DNA of 63,284 nt, the filler included, from Candidatus Rokuibacteriota bacterium (GTDB taxonomy: Bacteria > JAUVQV01 > DATDCY01): the NCBI GenBank assembly GCA_031406795.1. It is 7 parts of 7 records of this genome, joined end to end, with 100 filler letters (N's around TTAATTAATTAA, not from the genome) between each part and the next. Parts side by side here need not be neighbours in the genome. Positions count along the whole stretch, not along the records: positions 1 to 12,172 come from JANOHV010000196.1; positions 12,273 to 15,111 come from JANOHV010000230.1; positions 15,212 to 34,152 come from JANOHV010000247.1; 4 more parts are not named here. The stretch is one strand, 5' to 3'. Position numbers and translations under genes: made by a program. The notes under the pieces were generated by a model. That model was not told the origin of the DNA, did no database searches, and saw only the letters and a program-made list of their open reading frames with translations. Shown here piece after piece: positions 11,354 to 23,025 of the stretch (positions are counted from its first letter, which is position 1; every line of letters begins with the position of its first letter).

Positions 11354-12172
11354 CTAGTACTTCTCGAACTCGGCGTCTTCGGCGTCCCGGCCGCCCCGCC
11401 CCATGTCGAGGACGACCCCGCCGGGCTTCGCCCCGACCGGGCCGTGGCCGGGCGCCGCATGCAGGGAGGCGCGCCGCCCAGCCGGGACGGCGGGCTTCGC
11501 TCCGTGGCCCAGGTGCGCGACTCGCGTCTTCTGGAACCTCTGCCGCACCGCGCCCGTCCCCAGCGCCGAGCCATCCACCTTGAAGAATTCCATGATCGAC
11601 TGCAGATGCTCGGCCTGGCTCGAAAGCTCTTCGGCCGTGCTCGACATCTCCTCGGCCGCGCTCGCGTTCTGCTGCACCACCTGGTCCAGTTGCTGGATCG
11701 CCTTGTTGACCTGCCCGGCGCCCTCGTTCTGCTCCTTGCTCGAGCCGTTGATTTCCAGCACCAGCTCCGCGGTACGCTGGATGTCCGGCACCAGCTTGGC
11801 CAGCATCGCCCCCGCCTGCTCGGCCACCTGCACGCTCGTCCCCGAAAGCTTTGAGATCTCCCCGGCCGCCGTCTGAGAACGCTCCGCGAGTTTGCGCACC
11901 TCGCTCGCCACCACCGCGAACCCCCGTCCGTGCTCCCCGGCCCGCGCCGCCTCGATCGCCGCGTTGAGCGCCAGCAGGTTCGTCTGCCGCGTGATCTCCT
12001 CGATGATCGTGATCTTGCCCGCGATCTCCTTCATCGCGGCCACCGTCTGCACGACCGCCTTGCCCCCCTCGCGCGCGTCGTCGGCCGCCTTCTGCGCGAT
12101 CTTCTCGGTCTGCTGCGCGTTGTCGGCGTTCTGCTGAATGTTCGAGACCATCTGCTCCATCGAGGCCGACAC
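11354..12172 (-). CDS. Methyl-accepting chemotaxis protein (5' part off contig) with C-terminal pentapeptide
   Basis: MA domain; ends [10 protein letters not shown], a CheR/CheB tether-type pentapeptide. Confidence 0.93.
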   Translation of the reverse strand: MSASMEQMVSNIQQNADNAQQTEKIAQKAADDAREGGKAVVQTVAAMKEIAGKITIIEEITRQTNLLALNAAIEAARAGEHGRGFAVVASEVRKLAERSQTAAGEISKLSGTSVQVAEQAGAMLAKLVPDIQRTAELVLEINGSSKEQNEGAGQVNKAIQQLDQVVQQNASAAEEMSSTAEELSSQAEHLQSIMEFFKVDGSALGTGAVRQRFQKTRVAHLGHGAKPAVPAGRRASLHAAPGHGPVGAKPGGVVLDMGRGGRDAEDAEFEKY

Positions 12173-12272
12173 NNNNNNNNNNNNNNNNNNNNNNNNNNNN
12201 NNNNNNNNNNNNNNNNTTAATTAATTAANNNNNNNNNNNNNNNNNNNNNNNNNNNNNNNNNNNNNNNNNNNN
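12173..12272. other. Artificial contig spacer
   Basis: N-run + TTAATTAATTAA (stops in all six frames) + N-run, 100 nt. Confidence 0.99.
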
Positions 12273-15111
<2,839 letters not shown>

Positions 15112-15211
15112 NNNNNNNNNNNNNNNNNNNNNNNNNNNNNNNNNNNNNNNNNNNNTTAATTAATTAANNNNNNNNNNNNNNNNNNNNNNNNNNNNNNNNN
15201 NNNNNNNNNNN
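15112..15211. other. Artificial contig spacer
   Basis: N + TTAATTAATTAA + N. Confidence 0.99.
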
Positions 15212-16092
15212 GGCGGGAGGGCGCCCGCGCCCGGCGCCACCACCACCGCGCCTAACTCCTCGAGATCGATTTCGACGAAGCCTTGGTTCGTCCCGGGGGG
15301 GCGCTCGGGCTCCGGCGCCACCGCCGGCGGGGGGGGCGCGGGCGGCGGTGCCACGACCCGCGGAGGCGGAGGCGGAGGCGGAGGCGGAGGCGGAGGTGGT
15401 GGGGGCGGGGGCGGCGGCGGGGGCGGGGGCGGCGCAAATACCGCCGATGGCGCCGGCGGCGGCGGCGGCACGTCCCGTCGCTCGGGGGGAGCGGCGGCGC
15501 TGGTGTCGAACTGATGGCGCAGCCGCGAGAGCGTCAGCTTGACGATCAGCTTGAGCGTTTCGAAGACCCCCTCGCCGCGGTTGGCCACCGCCTCGCACAG
15601 CGGGTACCCTTCGACCCCCATCGCGGCGACCAGGTCGCCGACGCTCGCGGCGCTCGGCAAGTCGCGCTTGTTGAGCTGGATCACGATGGGGACCTTCGCG
15701 GGGTCGTAACCGTTCTCGATCAGGTTCTCGATCAGGTTCTCGAAGCTCTCGCGGTTGCGCTCGACCATCGAGAGCTGCGAGTCCGCGACGAACGCCACCG
15801 CGTCCACGCCCTTGAGCACCAGCTTGCGGGTGGCGTTGTAGTGCACCTGGCCGGGGACGGTGTAGAGCTGGAACCTGACCTTGTAGCCGCCGATCGAGCC
15901 CATCTCGATCGGCAGGAAGTCGAAAAAGAGCGTGCGGTCGCCGTCGGTCGCGAGCGAGAGCAGCTTGCCGCGGGCTCCCGGGTCGAGTTTCTCGTGGATG
16001 AACTGGAGGTTCGTGGTCTTGCCGCAGAGCCCGGGCCCGTAATAGACGAGCTTGGCCGTGACTTCACGGATCGCGTAATTGAAGAGAACCAT
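15212..16092 (-). CDS. MglA-family small GTPase with Pro-rich C-terminal extension (3' end off contig)
   Basis: KLVYYGPGLCGKTTN, DRTLFFDF, LYTVPGQV, NKRDL; followed by a poly-Pro tail. Confidence 0.92.
15361..15432 (-). repeat. Poly-proline-encoding simple repeat, including tandem GGCGGA hexamers
   Basis: (GGCGGA)n run followed by GGN runs on the + strand. Confidence 0.85.
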
Positions 16093-16115
16093 CGGTGCCG
16101 CGCGCTCGCGTCTGC

Positions 16116-16988
16116 CTAGTTGGCGGACGCAGTCACGCCGCGCCCCTGAAGGTCCCAGTAGTGCTCGTGAGCGACTCGCTTGACCCGCTCGTCATCCGCC
16201 AGCTCCAGCACCTTCGTCCACTGCTCCAGGGCCTCCTGTTCCTTGCCGATCCACTCGAGGACGGTGGCGAAGTGCACGCGGACCTCGAGGTTTTTCGGAT
16301 CATAAAGGAAGGCCTTGCCAATTTCAATGGTCGCCTCGGCGAACATCCCCTTCTTGAAGTAATACCAGCCGAGCGTGTCGCGATACAGCACGTTTTCGGG
16401 GTTCTTCTCGATCGCGCGCATCAGGAACGGCAGCGGGTCCTGATCCGGGACGGGACTCTCCAGCAACAGCGCGCCGACGTTGTTGAGCGACGCGGCGGCA
16501 TCGGGGTTGAGCCGGATCGCCTCCTGGAAAGCCGCGAGGGCCCCGGCGCGGTCGCCCTCGAGGTAGCGCAGGTAGCCGTCCGTCGAGTAGAAGAACGAGA
16601 CCCGCGGCCAGTTCATCTGGGCCTTGGAGAGAAACTGGCGGGCCAGGTCGCGTTCGCCGCCGCGATAGAGCGCGAGCACCAGGTTATTCATCGCGAACAG
16701 GTATTCCGGGTCCAGCTCGAGCGCCTTGCGGTAAGCGGCCTGGGCCGCGCCCGTCTTGCCCTGGCGCGCCAGCGCGTTGCCGAGGTTGTTGTGCAGCCGG
16801 GGGCGCTGCGCTCCGAGTTCCAGCGCCTTGCGATAACCGGCTTCCGCCTGCTCGTGCTCGCCGGCGGCGTAGAGGCCGTTCGCCGTCTGCTCCAGCTTGT
16901 CGACCGGGGCGAGCGGCGTCTCGCGCCGGCAACCCGGCAGCAGCGCCGCGAGAACCGCCAGCGCCGCGAACAGCGACCGGGCGCTCAC
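16116..16988 (-). CDS. TPR-repeat lipoprotein
   Basis: GTG start overlaps the upstream stop (GTGA); lipobox LPGC; TPRs (YRKALEL..HNNLGNAL, YRDTLGWYYFKKG). Confidence 0.85.
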   Translation of the reverse strand: MSARSLFAALAVLAALLPGCRRETPLAPVDKLEQTANGLYAAGEHEQAEAGYRKALELGAQRPRLHNNLGNALARQGKTGAAQAAYRKALELDPEYLFAMNNLVLALYRGGERDLARQFLSKAQMNWPRVSFFYSTDGYLRYLEGDRAGALAAFQEAIRLNPDAAASLNNVGALLLESPVPDQDPLPFLMRAIEKNPENVLYRDTLGWYYFKKGMFAEATIEIGKAFLYDPKNLEVRVHFATVLEWIGKEQEALEQWTKVLELADDERVKRVAHEHYWDLQGRGVTASAN

Positions 16989-18316
16989 GACTGCACCCGC
17001 TGGACGAGGCTCTTGAGGTTGCCCGCGCGGTCGCGCGCGAGGATCTCCATCTCGGCCTGCCCCACGGCCAGCCCCTTGAGCACCGCCGAGAAATACCCGG
17101 TCTCGTCGACCAAGACCGGGCGCCCGCCGACGCTCAGCGTGGCACCGGGCTCGGTGCGCCCGTTGACGAGCACCTCGCGCCCGCGGCCCGACTGCAGCAC
17201 GACGAACTTCTGGATCTCGATGAACGGCGCCTGGCGGTCGACGACGATCCGCACCGGCACCGGGTCGGCGAAATCGCCGGTGCGGCCCTGGGCGTCCAAC
17301 GCGGCCACCCGCACGTGGTACACACCCTGGCCGAGCGAGGGGGTCGCGAAGGCCGTCACGCGCAGATCGTCGCGGGACACGACCGGCTTGTCGAAGAACC
17401 GGTCCCCGGCGATCTCGAGCCGGTAGGCGCGCGCGCCGGACACCGCCTCCCAGGCGCACGAGATCACCACCCCGCCGGTGGCGCTCGGGAATGTTTCGAG
17501 CGGGCGGGGGGCGGTCACGCGCGGGGCGGGCAGCAGATTCTCGGGACTCGTGATCTCCTTGAGCGCCGAGATCATGACGGTCTTGCGGTCCGTCACCTGG
17601 ACCCTCTGGCTGCCGGTGTCGAGATCGACCTGGCCGGAGTAGACGCTGACCTGGCTCTGTTTGTCGGCGCGGATCTCGACGCTCATGCGGGCCTTGTCGA
17701 TCTCCGCGGTGGCCGTGGGCATCTCAAGCCGGAACTGCGAACCCCGCACGACGGATTTCTTGATATCCGCCTCGATGTTGCTCACCAGCAGCCGCACGGA
17801 GGACTTGCGGACCTTGGTGCGGACGTTCTCGGTCAGATCGCCGATGACGATCAGCGAGTCCGGCTTGATGCGCAGCACGTTGCCGTCGTCGAAGCCGACT
17901 TCGGCCCGCGCGCTCGAAAAAGTACGCACGCGGTCCCCGCTGGCCAGCCGCATCCCGTCCTGCCCGCCCTTCCAGGCGAGGTCGGTGGCGCGCTGGATCT
18001 CGACCCGCCCGGACACGAAGGTCAGGGTCGCGAAGCGCTGTTCGACCAGGTCGGCCTCCTCCGGCGAGGAGGTGATCAGCGCGATGCGCTGGTCGACCGA
18101 GCGGCGGGCGAGCGAGACGAGGCGCCCGACGACGCTCTCGGTCCCCCGCGAACGGGAGTACAGGACGCTGCCGCCGACGCCGAGCGCCAGCAGCAGCAGG
18201 ATCGCTCCCCAGATCTTGACCGCGAAGTACGAGACGCGGATCAGCCGCCAGTTCAGGCGCTTGTCGTCTTTCGCGCGGGAGTCGTTCCGGCGAGGCTCAG
18301 GCCGCTGGTAGCGCAT
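16985..18316 (-). CDS. Membrane-anchored FecR-like domain protein with C-terminal Ig/FN3-like domains
   Basis: One TM segment; LASGDRVRT..ARAEVGFDDG..IKPDS..MPTATA..VSVYSGQV; WEAVSGARAYRLEI; ARDRAGN. Confidence 0.8.
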   Translation of the reverse strand: MRYQRPEPRRNDSRAKDDKRLNWRLIRVSYFAVKIWGAILLLLALGVGGSVLYSRSRGTESVVGRLVSLARRSVDQRIALITSSPEEADLVEQRFATLTFVSGRVEIQRATDLAWKGGQDGMRLASGDRVRTFSSARAEVGFDDGNVLRIKPDSLIVIGDLTENVRTKVRKSSVRLLVSNIEADIKKSVVRGSQFRLEMPTATAEIDKARMSVEIRADKQSQVSVYSGQVDLDTGSQRVQVTDRKTVMISALKEITSPENLLPAPRVTAPRPLETFPSATGGVVISCAWEAVSGARAYRLEIAGDRFFDKPVVSRDDLRVTAFATPSLGQGVYHVRVAALDAQGRTGDFADPVPVRIVVDRQAPFIEIQKFVVLQSGRGREVLVNGRTEPGATLSVGGRPVLVDETGYFSAVLKGLAVGQAEMEILARDRAGNLKSLVQRVQS

Positions 18317-20084
18317 GGTCTCCTTCCCTGGCCGGCGCGGCCGTCGGCGCGCCGGCGGCGCCCGTCTGCGGGCGCCCGAGTTTGCGGTGGGCCTGGACGA
18401 ACGCCTGGACGATCTTGGGGTCGTAGCGGCTGCCCGAGAGTCGCTGCAGCGTCTGGATCACGAAAGCATCGTCCTTGGCTTTCTGGTAGAGCCGCTCCGA
18501 GGTCATGGCGTCGAAGGTGTCGGCCACCGCGATTACGCGCGCCATCAGCGGGATCTCGCCGCCGGCGAGCCCGTCCGGGTAACCGGTGCCATCGAGCGCT
18601 TCGTGGTGGTGGCGCATGCCGGGGATGATGTCCTTGAGCTGCCGGATCGGGCCCATGATGTTCGCCCCCATCGCCGGGTGGCCCTTGATGATCGCGTACT
18701 CGGCGTCGGTCAGCCGCTCGGGCTTGCGCAGCACGGCGTCCGCGATGCCGATCTTGCCGACGTCGTGCAGCAGGCCGGCGATCTGCACCCGCTCAAGGGA
18801 TTTTTCGTCGAGCCCCAGCTCGCGGGCGATCGCGACACTGAAGTAGGCCACGCGCTCGGAGTGGCCGCGCGTGTACGGGTCCTTGGCGTCGATCGCGGCG
18901 GCCAGCGACTTGATGGTCGAGAGGAAGAGCTCGCGCATGTTGCGGTCGTAGCTGTCGAGCTGGCGCGTCATGTGGTTGAAGGTGTCGGCGAGCTGGCCGA
19001 ACTCGTTGTGCGAGCGCGCGGTGATCGTCCCCTTGAAGTCGCCGCGCGAGATCGCCAGCGCGCGGTCGGCGAACGCCCGGATCGGGCGGCTGATCCCCTG
19101 CGCGAAGCTGATGCCGATGCCGACGGCGAGCACCAGGCCCAGCGCGATCCACAGGACGGTCTGACGGCGCAGCTCGGTGAGCGAACCGTAGGCCTCGGCT
19201 CGCAGCTCTTCGATGACGACGCCCCAGCCGACCCCCGGCACCAGGTCGTAGGCCCCGAGCATCTGGCGCCCGGCGCGGTCGCGGAACGGGACGCTGCCGA
19301 GGGTCTGCCCGGCCTGCAGATAGCCGACGATCTCCACGTCGGCGAGACTTTCGCGCCGGCGCACGAGCTCCAGATCGCGGTGGGCGACGAGCACGCCGCG
19401 CCGGTCGACGAGGTAGGCCTGGCCGGTCGTGCCGACGCGGATCTTGGCCACCAGCGACTGGAGATCCGCCAGACTGACGATCGCCTGCAGGGCCGCCGTC
19501 ACCCGGTTGTTCTCGTCGCGCACCGGCACCGCGAACGCGACGGCCGCGGCCGAGCCGCCCGCGGGGAAGAACGGCGTACCGATGTACTCCTCGCCGCGCA
19601 GCGCGGCCGCCGCGGCCATCGCGGCCTCCCCGCGGCTGAGTTGCTCCCAGGGCCCGGACGCGCCGCGGTTGACCTCCGCGACCTGCCGGCCCTCCGCGGT
19701 GACCACGCGCACCGCGAGCAGGCTGTTGTACGAATCAAGGAAGGGGATCAGCAGGTCCAGGCTGCGCCCCTCATCCAGGTGCGTCATCAATCCCTGGAAA
19801 CGGGCCATGCCGCGCAGCGTCGCGCTCGTGCCGCTGAGGAAGGACTCGACGCGCTCGGCGCTGCCGGTCACGATCTGGGTGTGCGCGGCGAGAATCCCGC
19901 TCTCGAGCGTACTCTGGTTGATCTGCATCATCTTGCGGCTCGAGATAATCAGCGGGCCGACCCCGACGAGCAGCAGCACCGCGAGCAGCTGGTAGAGCAG
20001 CTTGACGCGCCACGGCCGGCAATTCGACGCGGCGGCCACCCTGGCCGGGGCCGTCGGGGCCGCCGGCGCCGCAGCCCGGCTCAT
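18297..20084 (-). CDS. Cache-HAMP HD-GYP phosphodiesterase
   Basis: TM-dCache-TM-HAMP; DPYTRGHSERV, LLHDVGKIG, HHEALDGTGYP; ATGA overlap with the GGDEF gene. Confidence 0.93.
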   Translation of the reverse strand: MSRAAAPAAPTAPARVAAASNCRPWRVKLLYQLLAVLLLVGVGPLIISSRKMMQINQSTLESGILAAHTQIVTGSAERVESFLSGTSATLRGMARFQGLMTHLDEGRSLDLLIPFLDSYNSLLAVRVVTAEGRQVAEVNRGASGPWEQLSRGEAAMAAAAALRGEEYIGTPFFPAGGSAAAVAFAVPVRDENNRVTAALQAIVSLADLQSLVAKIRVGTTGQAYLVDRRGVLVAHRDLELVRRRESLADVEIVGYLQAGQTLGSVPFRDRAGRQMLGAYDLVPGVGWGVVIEELRAEAYGSLTELRRQTVLWIALGLVLAVGIGISFAQGISRPIRAFADRALAISRGDFKGTITARSHNEFGQLADTFNHMTRQLDSYDRNMRELFLSTIKSLAAAIDAKDPYTRGHSERVAYFSVAIARELGLDEKSLERVQIAGLLHDVGKIGIADAVLRKPERLTDAEYAIIKGHPAMGANIMGPIRQLKDIIPGMRHHHEALDGTGYPDGLAGGEIPLMARVIAVADTFDAMTSERLYQKAKDDAFVIQTLQRLSGSRYDPKIVQAFVQAHRKLGRPQTGAAGAPTAAPAREGDHALPAA

Positions 20085-21520
20085 GCCTCCTCCTCCGCGG
20101 GCGTCTCTGCGACGGGGGCCACCGCGAGGTAGACGCCGTTGCGGGTGCGGTTCTTTACCCGGTACATCGCCTGGTCGGCGAGACGGATCAGTTCGTTCTC
20201 GCTGGTACAGGTCTCGGGGAAGGACGCGACCCCGAAGCTCGCCGTGAGGTGCGCGGCCAGCCCCTCGCCGCCGAGGAAGACGTGTTCGTCCATCGCCTGG
20301 CGCAGCCGCTCGGCGACCATCGCCGCGGCGTCCATCTTCGTCTCGGGCAGGATCACGATGAATTCGTCGCCGCCGTAGCGCGCCACGATGTCGACGTCGC
20401 GCACGCCGCGGCGCAGCACGTCGGCGACCTCGCGCAGCAACTGGCTCCCGACGAGGTGCCCGTGGTGGTCGTTGACCAGCTTGAAGTGATCGAGGTCGAG
20501 GAAGATCAGCGAGACGTTGCTCTTGTAGCGGCGGCAGCGCTTGACCTCGACGTCGAGGTATTGCGTGAAATAGCGCGTGTTGTAGAGCCGGGTCAGCTCG
20601 TCGGTCAGCGTCAGCTGCTTGGTCTGCTGGTAGAGGCGCGCGTTCTCGATCGCGATCGCGGCGAACCCCGCCAGCCGGGTGACCAGGTTCAGGTCGCGCG
20701 GGGAGAAGCCGTCGCCGCCGCCCTTCTTGTTGACGACCTCGATGACGCCGAGCACGTGCCCGCGGGTTTCAAGCGGCACGCAGAGGATGGAGCGCGCGCA
20801 CGCGCCGTAGGCCTGTTCGAGGTCGCACCAGCGCGTGTCGACGGCGGCGTCGTGGACGACGACCGGCTTGCCTTCGCGCGCGACCCACCCCGCGATCCCC
20901 TCGCCCGGCTTGATGACGGCGCCCGCACCCGTCCGGCCGGCGCCTTCGCCGACCGCGACCGAAAGGGAGAGCCCCCCCTCCCCCTCCTCGCCGAGCAGCA
21001 GCGACCAGGATTCGGCGTGCACCAGCTCGCGCGTCTTCTCCATGATGATATTGAGCACCGTCTGCAGCTCGAGCGAGGAGATGATGGTGCGCCCGACCTC
21101 GTCGAGGGTGAGCAGTTCCAGGTCCTTCTCGTAGAGCTGGTGCGAGAGCTCCCGCCAGCGCAGCGCATTGCGCGCCGCGCGGACCAGCCGCTCGCTCTCC
21201 AGCGGCTCGGAAAGCAGCTCGTCGAACGCGGCGTTGAAGCGCACCGGCTCGGCGGCGCCGGCGGGGAGCACCCCGATCACCGGCACCGGAGGCAGCGATT
21301 GCTGGGCCAGCGCCAGCAGGCTGCGGTGCTCGCCGCGGGAGTCGACCCGCAGCACCACCAGGTCGACCTGGCGGCCGGAGAACTGCCGGATCCCCTCCTC
21401 GAGGGTGTCGAACAGCAGCACGTCGACGCCGTTCGGCGCAGCCCCCGCGAGGCGCTCGCGCGCCGCGGCGGCCTCCCCGCCGATTTCGCGCGCGAGCAGG
21501 ACCACCGGCTTCGCGCTCAC
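20081..21520 (-). CDS. Degenerate REC + GAF + GGDEF diguanylate cyclase
   Basis: DELTRLYN, DLDHFKLVND, I-site RDVD, intact YGGDEF. Confidence 0.95.
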   Translation of the reverse strand: MSAKPVVLLAREIGGEAAAARERLAGAAPNGVDVLLFDTLEEGIRQFSGRQVDLVVLRVDSRGEHRSLLALAQQSLPPVPVIGVLPAGAAEPVRFNAAFDELLSEPLESERLVRAARNALRWRELSHQLYEKDLELLTLDEVGRTIISSLELQTVLNIIMEKTRELVHAESWSLLLGEEGEGGLSLSVAVGEGAGRTGAGAVIKPGEGIAGWVAREGKPVVVHDAAVDTRWCDLEQAYGACARSILCVPLETRGHVLGVIEVVNKKGGGDGFSPRDLNLVTRLAGFAAIAIENARLYQQTKQLTLTDELTRLYNTRYFTQYLDVEVKRCRRYKSNVSLIFLDLDHFKLVNDHHGHLVGSQLLREVADVLRRGVRDVDIVARYGGDEFIVILPETKMDAAAMVAERLRQAMDEHVFLGGEGLAAHLTASFGVASFPETCTSENELIRLADQAMYRVKNRTRNGVYLAVAPVAETPAEEEA

Positions 21521-22725
21521 CGCGCCGCCTCGCGTTCGAGCCGGTATTCGCGCTCGCCGCCATGGTAGACGAGGCTCGCACCGCCGACGCCGCGCAGCTC
21601 ACGCGAGCGCAGCAGGCCGCTCTCCGCGAGCTTTTCGAGCGCGGGCGGATAGGACTGCTTCTCGAGGCGGTAGACCTCCAGCGCAAGGCGCACCCGGCGC
21701 AGCCGCACGGCGTCGACGAGAACAGCGGACTCGCGCTGCCCCTGCCCGCGGCGATACCGCTGCGCGACGATGCCCCAGGGGTTAAACAGGAACGCCGCGA
21801 GCACCAGGACCGCCGCGAGCGCGATGACGGCGTACTCCCGCGCCCCGCCCGGGAGCCGCCGCGGGGCGGCGCCGGCTTCGGACGCGGAGTTCGGCGCGGA
21901 CGACGGCGCAACGCCCTCCCGGGCGCGGATCAGGTTGAGCGAGAGCAGGCCGTAGAGCACTTTGCAGGTCTCGAACTCGCCGAAGTGGCTCAGATCGATG
22001 AGTTCCTGGACCGTGCGCACGCCGTCGATCTGCGCCAGGATGCCGTTCTCCCGCGGTCCGAGCGCTTCGTCCCCGCGTTCGAAGGTGGTCGCGGCCGGCG
22101 CGGCTGCCTCTCCGGTATCGAAGTCCATCAGATCCTCGATACCGACGCGGGCCGGCCTCCCGTCGGCCGCGCCCTGGGGGAGCCGGCCGGCGAGGCGCTC
22201 GAAGACCACCTGGAAATTCGGGATCTTATTCTCGAGAATCGGCCACTCGTCGATCATCCGGGTCCCCTCCATCAGCACGAACTCCGCGGGGATGGGGGTG
22301 TAGATCTCCCGGTCGAACACCACCGGCTCGGGGCTGAAGTGGAAGCTCCCTTCCTTCCAGCGGAAGAGCCGGTAGACGGTCTCCTTGACCTGGAGCTGGA
22401 GGGCCTGGGAGAGCGCCTGCTGCGAGATGAGCTGCTGCCCGACGAGGATGTGTCCGAGCCGCTGTGAGGTGGCCTTCTGCACCTCCATCGCCCGCTCGAG
22501 CTGCTCCTTGCTCACCAGACGGGTGCGCAGCAGCACGCTGCCGAGGCGCTCGGCCTCGGTGCGCTGGAATTCGTCGGCGAACATGACCATGCCCTTCTCG
22601 AACGAGACGGTGACGAGCCGTCCGCCCTCGCCGCGCACGGTGAACACCCCGGTCTTCTTCTGCAGGCCGATCAGCTGGAAGATGTCCGCCAGCCCGAAGT
22701 CCTTGAACGTCCCTTCTAATGCCAT
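21517..22725 (-). CDS. DUF4388 domain protein with TM segment and pseudopilin-like C-terminus
   Basis: MALEGTFKDFGLADIFQLIGLQKKTG..LFRWKEGSFHF..EGTRMIDEW; C-terminal ALEVYRLEKQSYP..L..L. Confidence 0.85.
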   Translation of the reverse strand: MALEGTFKDFGLADIFQLIGLQKKTGVFTVRGEGGRLVTVSFEKGMVMFADEFQRTEAERLGSVLLRTRLVSKEQLERAMEVQKATSQRLGHILVGQQLISQQALSQALQLQVKETVYRLFRWKEGSFHFSPEPVVFDREIYTPIPAEFVLMEGTRMIDEWPILENKIPNFQVVFERLAGRLPQGAADGRPARVGIEDLMDFDTGEAAAPAATTFERGDEALGPRENGILAQIDGVRTVQELIDLSHFGEFETCKVLYGLLSLNLIRAREGVAPSSAPNSASEAGAAPRRLPGGAREYAVIALAAVLVLAAFLFNPWGIVAQRYRRGQGQRESAVLVDAVRLRRVRLALEVYRLEKQSYPPALEKLAESGLLRSRELRGVGGASLVYHGGEREYRLEREAAR

Positions 22726-22734
22726 TGTTCACTC

Positions 22735-22854
22735 GGTCGCTGAAAAGAGCCCATCTGCGGCGTTGGGTTCGCACCGGTTCCCTGCGGCGGGCACCAGCCC
22801 GCCTCAGTCGCCGGATACTCACCCGCCTTGCATCTGGACCCTTTTGAGCAACCT
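22735..22854 (-). mobile_element. MITE-like inverted-repeat element, copy A
   Basis: Ends AGGTTGCTCAAAA…TTTTCAGCGACC on the minus strand; aligns end to end with 28995-29114. Confidence 0.75.
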
Positions 22855-22962
22855 CCCCCATCATTCATATTCACAACGCCATTCCCGTACGGGCTGATCG
22901 CCTTCGGTAGCGAATCCCCCTGTTACATCCACTTTGATCTTCAATTTCCGTTTCCTGCCCCG

Positions 22963-23025
22963 GCAGGCTGCTCAAAATGGCCCAGGTGCAAGGCGCGCGC
23001 AGATGGGTCATTTTCAGCTGCCTGC
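22963..23025 (+). mobile_element. MITE-like element, internally deleted copy B
   Basis: GCAGGCTGCTCAAAATGGCCCAGGTGCAAGGCG…GCAGATGGGTCATTTTCAGCTGCCTGC; abuts CTAG at the TPR gene stop. Confidence 0.7.
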
